A stretch of DNA of 64,000 bases. Source: Trichodelitschia bisporula (taxonomy: Eukaryota). Both the position numbers and the translations under genes were made by a program. Below are positions 15,052-28,556 of the stretch, in pieces; positions within the stretch are counted from its first letter, which is position 1, and the number at the start of each line of letters is the position of its first letter. Under the pieces are notes generated by a model. That model was not told the DNA's origin. It searched no databases and worked only from the letters and a program-made list of their open reading frames with translations. The DNA is taken from NCBI GenBank assembly GCA_010356995.1, contig ML996688.1:434001-498000 (forward strand). Direction: 5' to 3'.

Positions 15052-17733
15052 CTATGCCGCAAGGACTTGCCTAGGCGGGAGTCCAAGACTGCTATTCGCA
15101 CTGCTGTTCGACGAGTCGATACGCCCGCTGGCGCCGCTGTCCCCACTCTCGGCACTGGCGCTAGCACTGCCGGTCAATGAGCGGTCTCCAGGCTGCTTCT
15201 GCGGATACAGGGAGCCGATGTGCTGCTCAACAGCCTGAGGGGCAACTGCGTTGCCATGTCCGGGAGGATGGCGGGGAACTGGCTGTCTCATGCCAGGAGG
15301 GGACGGACGCCCGCCGGCAATTCCGTTGGGGTACGGCCCGTTGGGGTATGCTCCGCCGTGTTGGTAAGGACCACTACCATTAGGGTAGGAAGCTGAAAAC
15401 CCGTTCGGCGGTGAAGGCCGCTTCGGAGGGCCGAGCGGGTTCCCGGGAGAAGCGCTCTGGCGTCGAGGAGGATAAGGACCGTGCTGGGCATTTCTTTGAA
15501 TTTCTTCAAGTCTAGTGGAAGTGAGGGAATTCTGTCTGGATTCCTGACCCATCGCCGCGCGATCCACATTGCCGTATCTGTTGGAAGAGTAACCAAGCAT
15601 GGGGTTGTTCATCAGACTGTCATGCAGACCGGGAACGTCCGCCATCAAGCGAGTGCTCGTCCGATTCTTGTTCCGCATAAACAGATTCCGACCACGAGAC
15701 GACACAGGCGGGTTGTCATATCGGAGGTTGGCATTTTGTGTGCTCGGCCCCTTACGATTCCGGCGCGACGTGATGCTCATCATGTCGAAGTTCTCGTCCA
15801 TTATGGCAGGGTTCGGAGCACGAGCCATGTTCGGGTCGATGAAATCGTCGTCATCCTCGTCATCTTCAAATCCCGTCTGGACAGGAGGAGGACCCGGCCG
15901 TCCGCGCGGCGGAGCACGTCCCATAGCCATTTGTCGCTCCCGCAACTCCAATTCTCTTTGACGGAGCTGGAGCTCACGTTCCCTCAATGCCAAATCCGTT
16001 GTCGACGCGCCGTTCTGCATCGGCCCCTCGGCATAGACACCATTCAGCGTCTCAGAAGCGCCTTCAGGAATGTTGTCGTAGAGCATCAGATGGCTGAACT
16101 CTTCCAGGTTATCGCCCTCGAGTGAACCACGATTTGAGGGACCAGGCCCATGACCGTTAGGGATACCGTTCGGGATGCGGGGACCGTAACCGTTAGGCTG
16201 CGGTGGACCGCGCCTCATTGCGCTGGGAGGTCCTTGCATTGATGGTGCGCGTCCACGGCCCATCCCATTCATCGGACCGTTGCCATTCATGACCGGCCTG
16301 GCATATCCAGCAACTGAAGATGACCGCGGTGGGGGCTTGACGCCAGGCGAAATTGGCGGTCGGTTCGGCTTGTTCGCGTTCTTGTAGCGGAGCAGGGCGT
16401 ACAGAGTCTCTAACCGCGGAACAGAAACCCCAGCTTCCCGCGCCAGCTTGACCGGCGAACCAAGGTAAGTCTCAACTTCCATCGGCCGACCGGCAACGAA
16501 GTCCTGGTACATGACGCCGTGAACTTCTCCAGGGCGGATCATATTCTCCATGGTTGTCTCCTTGAAGTCTGGCGGAAACGTGCAACCGTTGGCGGCTGCA
16601 ACTGCGAGGAGCTCGTCAATCGCACCGTTCACGATATCCCGCACACCGACAATCTCTAATAACTCGGCATGATTAGGGCACTCAAAAAGGACGCTGGCAG
16701 GGTGGAAGGCGATGGGGCTAGAAGCATGTTAGACCAGTTCATAATTGCAGGGAGCCAACCATACCCAATGACTCTCTCAAACTGCTGCTGCCGAATGTTT
16801 TCGGACACAGTGCAGTTAACGCGACCAGTGGTCAACGTCATCGCCAGAGCTTCTGCCATGTCCCGCTGAATGGATTCCGGTATCCGCGAGTTCTTGTTTG
16901 CCCAGCCAACCGAGATGTCCGTTGCTGAACCACGATGCTCGAATTGGTCTGCGCCCAGTTGTGCGAGGTCGGCACCGCAAACGAGTGACAGGACAACATT
17001 TGTGGGAAAGCGCTGCACCAAGTATTCCTCCACTCCGAGTGACGTCGTCGTATTGAGGAGAATGCACGTGTGTTGGGGCGTGACAACCGGCTCGATGATT
17101 TTGGCGAGGTCGTAGATGTCAGGTAGGGCTTTGACGCATAACAGCACATAGTCGAAAGGGGACTTCGGGTTATGTGACGCTTCCTCGGTAGACTGAATGA
17201 CTGCACCACAAGGTTAGGAGGCAAAGCAGGGCTGAACGGAGTACCAACCTGAGTGAGGTAGAAAACGCTCATTGCCCAAAGCCTGGGACCTATTCGCACG
17301 TGGTTAGGACTGCCAGTGAGCGCGACCGGGTAACTCACTTCATGGCAATGCCATACTGGGCGACGGCCTCATACTGAGCCTTCCAAACCAAAGTTACATC
17401 GCAAGCGTTCGTGGCCTGGAGTCGCCATGAGAGAAAGGCCGATACAGCATTCCCGCCGACTACACAATATCGATTAGTCTCAGTCATGGCTGTCTGGAGC
17501 TCAACAGTGGTTGACGGGTGGTTCGAGGATGGAGGGGTGAAATGTGGTTTTGGGGGAGTGAAGTGAACCGCCAGTCTTTGCAGGAAGGCGAAGACGGGCT
17601 AAAGCGGAGCGGCTAGGCCTGAGAAAAGTGGGGATGGACAAGCCGATCGTGTTTCTTTTCGCACGATTTGCGAGGTGGTCGGGGTCTTTGACATACCTGA
17701 GAGTATGCGCAGCCGGGGCGCGGTAGGTGCCAT
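15052..17733 (-). CDS. Ketopantoate-reductase-like (ApbA/PanE fold) protein with long Pro/Gly-rich disordered tail; Svl3/Pam1-like
   Basis: LRILSVGGNAVSAFLSWRL Rossmann start, FDYVLLCVKALP, MYQDF..GRPMEVETYLG. Exons 17733-17697, 17459-17339, 17289-17249, 17200-16765, 16717-15052. Confidence 0.88.
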
Positions 17734-20700
17734 TGTATGTTCCGGATATCAGAACGGAGGAGGCAGGTGTGCCGCCTGTACCGGGAGGATGGGGAGGAGT
17801 GAGAAACCCAGGCAACTCTTTCGATGTTTCAACGAGACAATTCGCCCGAGCGGAGCTTATCAAAGCCGATGGAGGAGGCCGATGCGTATCTTGGAGGCTG
17901 ACGGGCCGGAGTTGGAAGTGGAGTGTTCCTGGGTCCAGCTACCGCCTAACGAGGCCGGGAAATTGCGAGATCTAACGAGTGACGATTGCGAGGAACGACG
18001 ATGCGATTGTGTACTTTTTCGGCCTCCAACTGTCCACCAACAATTGTACCTGAGGATCCACGAGGTTTTGTCCGAGGAATTTTTTGGGTGGTGAGGCGGG
18101 TTTAGGAGAGAGAACCCTTTTTCGCGCTGGGGGGCTGGTCGAGGTTGAGTAGCTTTTTTTCGGGTGAGAGGGGGGGGTGGGTGCAAGATGATGTCTTGGA
18201 TGGCGGAAGACGGAGGCTTGGTAAGGTGAGTCGAGGATAGGTTTTGGGGGCTTGGGTGTGAGTGGACGACAGGCGGGTTTGAGTGGGGGGGGGGTAGAGG
18301 TGTGAAGGAAGGAGGGAGGTGGGATGGGAGGAGGGAAGTAGTGTCCTCCGTAGCAGCGGCCCCAACCAAGGAACACTTTTAGGTCGGAAATCGGGGGTAT
18401 TGGGGCGAGGTGGAGCTAGGAAGTGTGAGGAGATTGAGATGAAGTGTTTGGGTTTTGGCGGGGGTGAGTTGGCGTAGGTACAGTTTTAGTGGGGTTTAGG
18501 AGGTTGCGAAAGTGTGTAGGGATGGTGGAAATGTAAGAAAAATGAGGGAGGGTTTTTTTTTTTGGAGGTTGGTGAAGTTGGTGATGAAGAAATAATAAGG
18601 GAAAGGGCCCCTCTCCTATTTTCACTTGATACCCCCTGCTTGGAGTGTGGTGAAGTGGCAGATGGGACCTTCCGCGTGTTGTGAATGGGGTCGCAAGGGT
18701 GAATGGAGGGGACAAGACAACGAGTTTGTGTCTCTTCAACGGTCGTGAGAGCCACAGGTTGGAAGGGAAGACAGAGGCAAGTAGTGGGGAAAGGCAAGTC
18801 TGGGGCTGAGGCAATTGGACCAGGGAAGGGGAACGTGCGTACCTTGAAGCGTGGGTGAATGTTTACCTCGAATAGGCTGGTTTCGTAGACTGTGACGACA
18901 CTAAGGGCGAAGGAAGATAAAGTGGAACATGTGGCTGTGGTGGTTGCAGGTTGAACTGAGGAGACGGCGGTAAGTGATAGTTGAGGTGGAGGTTGAGGTT
19001 GAGCTCGTTGAAGTACAGTTTTAGAGTAGAGCAAGCAAGAGCAATGCGCCGAGTGAGGTGAATGAGGTTTAGTGGGAGCTTGATGTCGTGAGATGCCGGA
19101 AGCTCCACATCCCAGAACTATGCGCGGGAAGCCGAGAAGACGAAGAAGAAAGGCTTGTGCAGAAAAGCCGCGTGCACTGTACACTGCACTATCCTACGGA
19201 CTTCGCAGCTGTGCAGAGAAAGCTTGTGCTTCCTTTGTCTCCTCTCTCGCGGATGTCTCGCCGATTGTGCAGGGCAATGATTGCGAATCCCCTTACTACC
19301 GCAAACGAGAGTAGTGGTGGCTGGCGGTCCGTCTTGTGGGCATGTACCTATGCGTACAATGGATGCCAATAATGCGTATCGTCTCTGTCTCGTCGAAGGA
19401 AGCGAGAGAAAACCGTGGAGCGAGCGACGGTGACAATAATGACAACGAGGAGGAGCGAGCGATTGTGGAGAGGAAAATGAAGAACACGACAGCGAACAAG
19501 CAATCTACTTTTGACTTCAAGAACTGCGAACCCGCAAATGTTAAAAAGGCACCCGCCAACCGAGCCAGAAAGCTTCGAAAAGAGGGAGATGTTGCTGGCT
19601 GCTGCAGCCGCCTCCTGCTTGCTGTTGGGGGGAGAATCATCAACCAACGGATGAGAGGCGAAAAGATATGCCTGCGGCTGCTAGCCAGCATGTTCACAGC
19701 CTCCGTGTGTGTGTGGTATGTTTCTGCGTCTCCCGTCTCTTGTCTCCCGTTTCTTGCCTTCCATTAGGTTGTCTCTCCCTCAATTCACTCGTTCGTCGAC
19801 TTCGCTGTCCTCTCACAGTCTCTCTTCACACTCGCTGCCTGCCAACGCCTCGTCCAACTCTTCTGCCTTCTCAAGCCGCCGCCATCCCGCTATTGCCTGG
19901 GCTTGTCAGCTGCAGGAGCAAGCCAAGATCAGAGACAAGAAAGGCTGGCGCGGACCCTTTCCGATGGAAGAATTCTCTTGAAAGCTTTGGCCGGTTACTT
20001 CAGTACGATAGATTATTCGCTGATCCTTGCGCTACAGTTACCAACTTAGCACCCTGCTTCGCCGCCGTCTTCTACGTGTTTGTCCCCATTTTTTTCCCAA
20101 CTCTCCTTCCGCGGGGGGGAGTTGACCGAAACGGCAAGCTAACGACTGCAACGGCCGCCGTCTATCACTATGTAGCATCGCCAAACGTACTTAATCTAGC
20201 TTCAGCTTGCCCGACCCCTTTGCTCCACCGCGTGGACATACTATGACGCAGGAGAGGGAAACATTGAGTCCCCCGCATGAACGGTCGCCCAAAAAACCAC
20301 AGTCGCGATAACCAAGCAGCTCAGCCTTCATCTCCGTGATTTGTCCCCGGATAAACGCACGCACCTCCTTTGATCGCAGCTTTGGCCCTAGTCTGCATTG
20401 CGCGCGCAGCCTGCAGCAACCGGATTGCCCAAGAGAGAAGCAGGAATCTGCAATAGGGAAGTCGGGGGTTCGGTACTTTCGTGCTGACGCCCTTTCGCCC
20501 TGCGGCTTGCCAGCCCCCAAGCTGCACTCCAGGAAAATCGGGGCCAAAGGAAGAAAGAAAAATAGGAATTTTGGAGACATGGGATACGAATGGAGAATGT
20601 CCACCTTCCCGGACCCCTCCGGCTCCACGTCTCACCAAAGGGCTGACCCTATCCAACAGATCCAACCCCTCCAACCCCTCGTCAATCACGTTTCGATTGA

Positions 20701-23700
20701 AACCACGAGTCTATATACTCCATTCCCCAAAGTGTCATCCTCTCCCGATCCTTCTCCTTTTCCCAGTCCTCGGTCACCGCCACATCTCCACCCACGACGT
20801 CGTGGACACGGCAAAGTGACAACGACAGCCACACCGCAATCCTCCGGAGCCGAGCTAGCGGGAGACAAGCGGCCCCCAGCGGGAGTCTGGGCACACGCTT
20901 CCTAGCCGCCAGCAAGCCTGCTCCGCGACGTGCCTGTACTAATACGCTTGCGTATCCCTCTCACAGCTCACAGCGCGTGCACGAGCCGCCGCTTCGTGGG
21001 GGAGACCTACGTCAAAGGCGTCTGTCAAGCAGGCTCTTGGAACTAGCCGGATAGAATTAAACAGAGCTACTGTAGCCCGGCAACCGAGCCGATGCCTTTC
21101 TCGCGTTCGGCGCGCGGCAAGAATCCGGCATCTCATAAGAGTGCGAAAAAAAGAAGAGCGAAGTGCCGGCTTTGATGGGTGGTGTTGCGACGTGGGCGAT
21201 CGCTCGGCAAGGCGGGCACGGCGGGTTCGTGACGCCAGCGCTGTCCGACTCGGCCTCACTCTCCCTTCCGAGTCGCGCAGCACGCGTGTGCATGAGATGT
21301 CTCTCATCGCGCAGGAGAGACCTCCGCTGTGCGCGTCCCGGTAGTCCTTGCGTAACGACGAGGTTTCGAACCGCGACACATGTGTGCCTTAACCCCTCGT
21401 GGGGGCATGGGGAGCAGGCGACGTCGAGCGTGAAAGTGGCACACGGCGCGCATGCAGAGCATTTTTTTGTGGTTGAGCTGCATCCACCCCCTCTCCGGGA
21501 GCGGGGATCTCCATCACGTTTTCTTGTAGAGAGGTTCCGTTGTGCGCCACTTTTGTCGTCAATGCGTAATTACGGAGCGTCTGGTACGCAGCCTAATCGC
21601 TGTCAGCGCCTGTCGCCTGTCGTCTATCGTCTCCCCTGTGCGGATTATCCGGCGCCACTCAGACAAGATCTCGAAATATCCCTCCACAGGGAAAGCACGC
21701 CAGTGCGCATTTACCGGTAACGATTTTGGCCGGCAAGTCCCTGATAGGGATCGGCGGCAGGCTGTTGATGTTGTGGCTGCGGTGATACCCGTTTGGTTCG
21801 ACTGGTACCCCGTTAGGGCATAGTGGCCGCGCGATTGGCGGGCGTCTCGCAATTTGGTGGCCTTAACTTCGTCCACCTGTCAGCCCCCTATTGCACTTTA
21901 GGTATTGTAAACGGGTCGGGCCCTGCCTGCCAGGCTGATATCGCCCTATGGGATCATCGATATAAGCCCAAGGAAGAACGGATCTCTTGCCGCCCCTCGC
22001 GGCTCATCCACCAAACAACCCCAATGTTCTCACATGCGCCACAGTCAGACAGATACTGTAGTTTAGAGACTTCATCCCGCACCCGAAGACCATCATTGAT
22101 CGAACGGGCGCCAGAGAGAGATAGCGGCGAGCAACTGATAGACGAGCCGGAAAATAGATGGATATTGCACATCAGCTTTCCCGCTTCGTGGCACGCTAGT
22201 TCGGAGGAGTTGCCCCCGTGATACTAGACCGCTGTTCATGCAGCATCGCTCGCAATAGACGACCTTTAGTGTATCGATATATGCCGCCTTTGTGCACCAA
22301 CCTTAAGATCTGCAGAACAGGTTTCGCGGCATCGCCTCCTATCGATTGGCTTCAGCTGACAGCCCGCTGCATGCACTACGAAAAACGTCGGCTACGCTTT
22401 TGAGCCTCGTACTTCTCGGGTCCCGCTATGCCGTGCTGGCTTTGCTGCTTCACTTTCAAACTTGGTACGTACTCCCGCGGCTAATACTGCAACTGCACGG
22501 CCTATTTTCTAGCGGTGACGAAAGTGCCCGTCCGCTTAACAACCGACATGTCCTCCCCGCTCATAAACGTCGATTGCGCAACCGAAGTCTCGCAGGTCAG
22601 GAACTCATCAACGACCAGCCGGCATCCCGCGCACACCATTCATACCATAGTACCCCACACACCATCTGTCCGGTCCAAGACTCGTACGAACCATATTGCC
22701 CTGCATGCGCATCTGCAGCATCTATGCACTTTGCCGCCCCAGTCCATGTCTCTCATCATCCACTGCCCTCTCCTCGCGCGATACAGCAGCTCCGGACACC
22801 GCCCCTCGTCTTCAGATAGAGGCTTCCGCACACAATCGCCGCATCTCAATCAACGCACGCATCCTGCACTGACATGAATCGCGAGATCCACAATCGCGTA
22901 CTCCGTAGTCTGGCCGCCGCCCCCGCGCTTGGGGAGATGGGAAGGGGTTGTTGGATACTGAATGTTCCCGCGCGGGCCGACTGGTATAATTGACCCGGAA
23001 GGCCACGGCACACAGGCGCGCGCTCGCGCAGCGCCGGCTGCAAATAGATAGACGCGCAAAATCCTCGTAGCTTGTAAAGCGAATAAGAAGCACCCGTTAA
23101 AAAAGCTCAAAGAACCCCAAGCCCACACATCCACGCCCAGCGCCGCGCCGAACGCCACTATGAATCCCTCCCGCCCACCCCACACCGTTCGGCTCCCCAC
23201 CGACAACGACCGCGCGCACCGCCTATTCGATGACGATACACAAAAGACTGTAATCAATCTCGCGCCCCCTTCTCTGCCTCAGCATCTCGACATTCCGCCA
23301 TCAAAGCCAAACTGCGCCACACCTCCCTTTCCTCCCTATCTCCGGTACGTACCGGCGACATCCGCGGCGCAACGCGCGCTACAGCCACGCTTGCTTGCTC
23401 GCTCGCCTTGTGCCCGTGATCCGTGCTCTCGCCTCGCGCCTTGAACCCCGTTCCTGGGTCCCGACGTCGGTCCTCGGGCGGACATCATCCCTATCGGCGC
23501 ACATATCGGGCGGGCGCGTACGGTAACAGCCTTCAAATGCGCGATGTGGGCTCATCGTCCAACACTCAGCTGAAGACACACTCGTCCGCACTCCGGACCT
23601 AACTCCTCGCTTGCAGCTCCTCCATCAACGCACTTACAGCAAGCAAGCGCATAATCACTCAACTTTCTAGCCTTTTCGACAGTTTGTCACCCGTTTAATC

Positions 23701-26680
23701 CCATCAAATCCGCTAAAAACCATGGCAGAGATACGTTCCCCACTGTCCCCCCCATCCCTGGAACTTATTTCGCCATCCCTGCCAGGCACGCCCGCCCCCG
23801 GCCCGGGCGGCGCGCACCCGGGGCGCAGGGATGGCGGACCCGGCGCCAGGGCGTGAATGCCGACGGCCAGGGTGAAATGGGAAGCACAATTGGGAGGCCT
23901 CGTAGGCGAGGAGAATCATAATTAGGGACTAGGTTAGCGAAGCGCGAGCGCGGGGGCGTGGGTACCACAAAGCCCCCGGGTTCGAAGGGGGGGCCAAGGG
24001 AAGATACCACATGTCCACCCGCTCGGGCGCGGTACTAGCACGACTAGCCCGGGATGATGGGGAAGTAGGTTGCCGTGGGGGACCATAATTAGAAAGCGCG
24101 ATATGGACATGGGCGGGAAACCGTGAATATTGATGGGAAATGCAATTTCCATGAGGGCCGGTGCTTCTCGGCCTATCGTCCCAGCCTTGCGACTTGGAGC
24201 TCGGGGCCAGCCTTGCTGCCTCGTGGGCCAATGATGCGTGTGGTAGGGTGCAGGAGTGGAGTGTCGACCACGCGGGATGGAGCCTGGGGTGTTTTTGGGG
24301 GTAGGTTTGTAGTTAGGACGGGTGTGCGGTACCACGTTGGCGAGTTTCGGCATCCCGAGGTTCGGGTCGGTCACAGGGACAAGGAAGTTGTGGTATGTAA
24401 GGCTCCTAGGGGAGATTGATATCATGTCCACGATACAGAGGCTTCGGTTCCTGAGGGGACGACGGATGAAGATGCTCCGACTCGCAGGCACCGTGTACGG
24501 TTTCTACGAAACACCGGTTGCAGCGTAGGTATGTACCTGAGTAGTACATGCAGTCATTCAACGACGCTGCAGGTTCGCCGTCACATATTCGCTGGTCATG
24601 GCTGTGGTTTCAGCGGTACTTGAACGGCTTGTCCTGCTAGGATATACTCTCTTGCACTCGAGTGGGGGTCGTGATCGCGTTAAGCTCTGGCCAGACCGGG
24701 CCGTTCCATGAAGCGAATCCCATTACCGCTTTGGGGGGTTGGTGATATCAATCGTGAACGGACCCATTCAACTTCGACTGTTTTCGGTCAGGGCAGGCTC
24801 TGCGCAAGGCTGTGCTCGCCTCTATCTCGTTCACCGTAGTAACCTAATCGTTCCCATCTTCCTCGCTGTCCCAAAGTGTCCTCGATCGCGATGTTGATCC
24901 ATCCCCTGGCCGGGTCATCAACTCGACCGCGCGATGCTCAATAAACATCGCCATCCATCCATCATAAGGCCGCGGGAATTACCCAAGGATAGTAACCGAT
25001 AAGAAAATCCCCGACGAACGACTGGCTGATCTACTCGCCATTTGCAATACGTCCAGGAACTAATCGATTCACGTTGATCAACGAAGGGATGTCGTTGTCG
25101 TTGGTCTGGCGCAAGCCGTTTTGCAGGGAAGATAAGTACGTGGAGGTCTTGACTCGGTATCCAGTGGCACAAGCTACCATATTGGGTCGCATAAATCCTG
25201 CATGAAGCTCATTTGTTAGAACAGTCGTGATAATTGGCTCGTCATAGCCATGGTCAATCTTCAGACCCGCTCCAGAACTCACTCTCAATTGGCACTTTTC
25301 GCCCCCTCGGACAAAATACCACAAATGCCTTTCGTCAAGCTACATAGACACGGGACAAGCGGGCATCAAGATATTGGCGCCAGTTCCAGATCACCAGTAC
25401 ATCTTCCCCACTCACCAATCACACACCAAAGACAAGGCAAAACGTCGTCACGACCCCACCCCAACCCGCAGGCTCCCAGGCTCGCACCCAGAACGCAGCT
25501 ATTTTTGCACCGCCCACCCGCAAGCTCGCCCCAACCACTCGTCCCCAGATCAGCGGGCAGACCCGCGCCCGCCACATTACCCACCTGCCCACGAAGTGCA
25601 AAGCAAAATATTGAACATTTCTCCGCCCGCCCACCGCGACGGCAAAATGCGCGATAAGCGAGCGCGTCCAAGCGTGAATCCCGCGTCCGTCATCAGCCCC
25701 GCCCTCTCGCGCTGAAGCCGCATAATCAGTCGGAGCCTCGCGGGAAAGAAACTTGCACGATCTTACCGGTAGAAAAGACGGTGACAAGAAAACCCGGACT
25801 CGTCGCCGCTATCTCCGCAAACCCGCAGGTCGTGCCTGCAGTCTACTGCGTACTAACTTACGCAGTACGTACGGTGGTCGCATCTCGCCATCGCCAGCCA
25901 TGCAGACACGCAGGCGGATCACATTACTGCCGATCTCCAGCTTCCGCTCCAGCAAACCACGTCAAAAAAACTCGCGCAAACTTGACAAGTTTGACAAGCG
26001 CCGCCCCGGAGTGGCGGCGGGGTCCAACTGCCCTGTTTCCCGGAGGCTGAATGTGCGGTCCGAATGCGGACTGGCGAGGTGCCCGATGAGGATGAGAGGA
26101 ACGCGTGGCCGTGCAGCGAGGGGCGGTCCAAGGTCGCCACGGTCGCTTAGCGTTGCTTGCGCCGGGCGCGCGTAGCTTGTTCTTGGTTAACTGCGGTGCT
26201 GGAATTCTTGGATGGAGCGCCGATGCGGGCATGCGTTGGCGATGAGTGGTTTAGCTTTGTGGGGGAACTTGGAGGTGCAGCTTCCCCGCTACTGCGGTAT
26301 TCGGTGGTGGGATAGCTTTGTGTGGATGGAGTTGTGATAGTTGATTCTGACAATTTTCATTCTCTCACAGCTCCTCCTACCCTAGTTCGAGATTCCAATG
26401 GCAACAGTTGAAATCACACTGTGAACCAGCCAATATGTGACAGAGTCTATCCGTGAACAACCGGAAACTGTAAGTGTCATTAGAATAAGCTCACAAGCTT
26501 GTCCGTCCACAGAGTGGGACAGCATTTTGGCCATGGACCACATCACTGGCAACGAGAAAAGATTACGAGATGAGAACGCCTTTCCTTCCTTGGTTAACCC
26601 GTTGATCGTGAACGAAATAGTACTACAGGAAAGGTCGATTTTTAAGCATCACGAGAACACCCTAAACCAATGCCTTCCGA

Positions 26681-28556
26681 CTAGTTGGCCATGTACGTAC
26701 TGGCGTCAACACCGTCCTTGGGGAACTCGCTGAACGCCGTTAGCAACAACTCATGAAACCGCTGGACAAACTTACGGCAAAGCAACCTCGAAGCGCTTTT
26801 CGATCGACTTGAGCACCGCCTCGTCCTTCTCGTCGCTGACGAACGAGATGCTGAGACCCTTGGTACCGAAGCGACCAGCACGACCAACGCGGTGAAGGTA
26901 CGAGTCCGCATCCGCCGGGAGATCGTAGTTGATCGCAAGGTTGATCTTCTCAATATCGATACCACGGCCAAAGACATCGGTGGCAACGCAGATGCGCTTG
27001 TTGAAGTCCTTGAACTCCTTATAGCGCTTGATGCTACTTCTGTTAGCCGTGCTGGTGCTAGACGACATCTTATACATACCGCTCTTCCTGGCTAACGCCG
27101 GAGTGAACCGCAATGCTAGGGAAGTTGCACTCCCGCAGGAGCTTGTCAAGTTCCGTAGCACGCACAGTGCTCTTGACAAAGATGATGACCTGATTGAACT
27201 CAAGGGTATCCAGGAGCTCATTCAGCTTCCGGTTCTTCTCGGACTCAGACAACTTGATGTAGTACTGCTGAAGACCGTGAAGAGTGAGCTTCGTCTCATC
27301 GTCGACGTAGATCTCAAGCGGGTTCTGCATGAACTTCTTGCAGATCGGGCGGGTCTCCTGAGAAAGCGTAGCCGAGAACATCATCACCTGCTTCTGAGTA
27401 GGAGTAGCACGGAAGATCTCCTGAACATCACGACGCATATCTGCAAATGTCAGTCGACAATCTGGATGCGGTTTATACGGACATACCAATCTGGTCAAGC
27501 ATCTTGTCACACTCGTCAAGAATGAACTGCCGAATATGGCTCAAGCGAAGCTTCTTGTCACGAACGAGCGCGTTCAGACGGCCGGGGGTCCCGACAATGA
27601 TGTGCGGGTGGGTATCCTTGTTCGCAAGGAGCTCGAGGTCCTTCTGCATAGGAGTGCCTCCGTAGAACACGGCGGTCTTGACGCCAGGCATGTACTTGGA
27701 GAAGCGGCCGTACTCGCTCTTGATCTGATATGCCAGCTCGCGGGTGTGGCACATCACGAGGACGGAGGTCTCTCCAGCAACAGGCTCGATCTGCTGAAGG
27801 CTGGCAAGGACGAAGACAGCCGTCTTGCCGAGACCCGACTTCGCCTGACAGATGACGTCGGTACCGATGATAGCCTGCGGGATGCAGACTTGCTGGACTG
27901 AAGGTTCGAAGCGTTAGATAAGATCGTCCAAACGGTACCGGAGAAAAAGAGTCGACCGTCCGCCCATCCGTCCCGAGCAAGAGTGTCCATCTCAGCTTTC
28001 CAGACCTCCTCTTTCAGAGCGATGGAGGGCATTTGCTGCCATTCCTCCAACCAAGCTCAAGAGCAAGGACGCTCTATCCGTCCCATCGATGTCGCGCATG
28101 CCTCCTCGTGTCATGTCCAAGGACAAGGAGACAGTAGTACTGGAACAATCGTTCGAACAGTAGTGCGAGGAGGCTTCGCAACACCGTGGTGGAAGCAAGC
28201 CGCAGGACCATCCATCGACATGGTTTCTCTTTTCGTATGCTCGAATTCGGGAAGGATGGACGGTCGGTCGCAAAAAATGTGGCTTGGGGTGAAGAACGCA
28301 GTGACTAACCCTCCGATGGATGTTCAAAACCGCAGTCGGTGATGGCCCGAATGAGTTCCGGCTTCAGGAGGAAGTCCTCAAAGCGTGTCGAGTGGATGCC
28401 GACATAGCTGCCCTTCACCGTGGCTCCGCCGGAAACGGTCAAGTCGCCTTTCTTCTGTTCACCGTGGGAGGGCGCTGCAACAGCACCGCCGGCGGCGGCG
28501 TCGTTTGTCTGCAGCTCCTCGTCAGAGTAGTCGATGAGATCCTCTTCGTGAGACAT
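26681..28556 (-). CDS. SUB2: DECD-box RNA helicase (UAP56), splicing/mRNA export
   Basis: [44 protein letters not shown]. Exons 28556-28310, 27897-27487, 27440-27080, 27033-26776, 26729-26681. Confidence 0.98.

Noticed and set aside
19050..26600. Telomerase RNA, snRNA, tRNA or TPP riboswitch in the gene-poor region
   Set aside because: By eye I found no TAACCCTAA template, snRNA signature, tRNA T-arm with a proper stem, or TPP consensus.
28219..28227. AAACCAT (snR30/U17 m2 motif) in the SUB2 intron
   Set aside because: The partner m1 motif is absent and the position is wrong for snR30.
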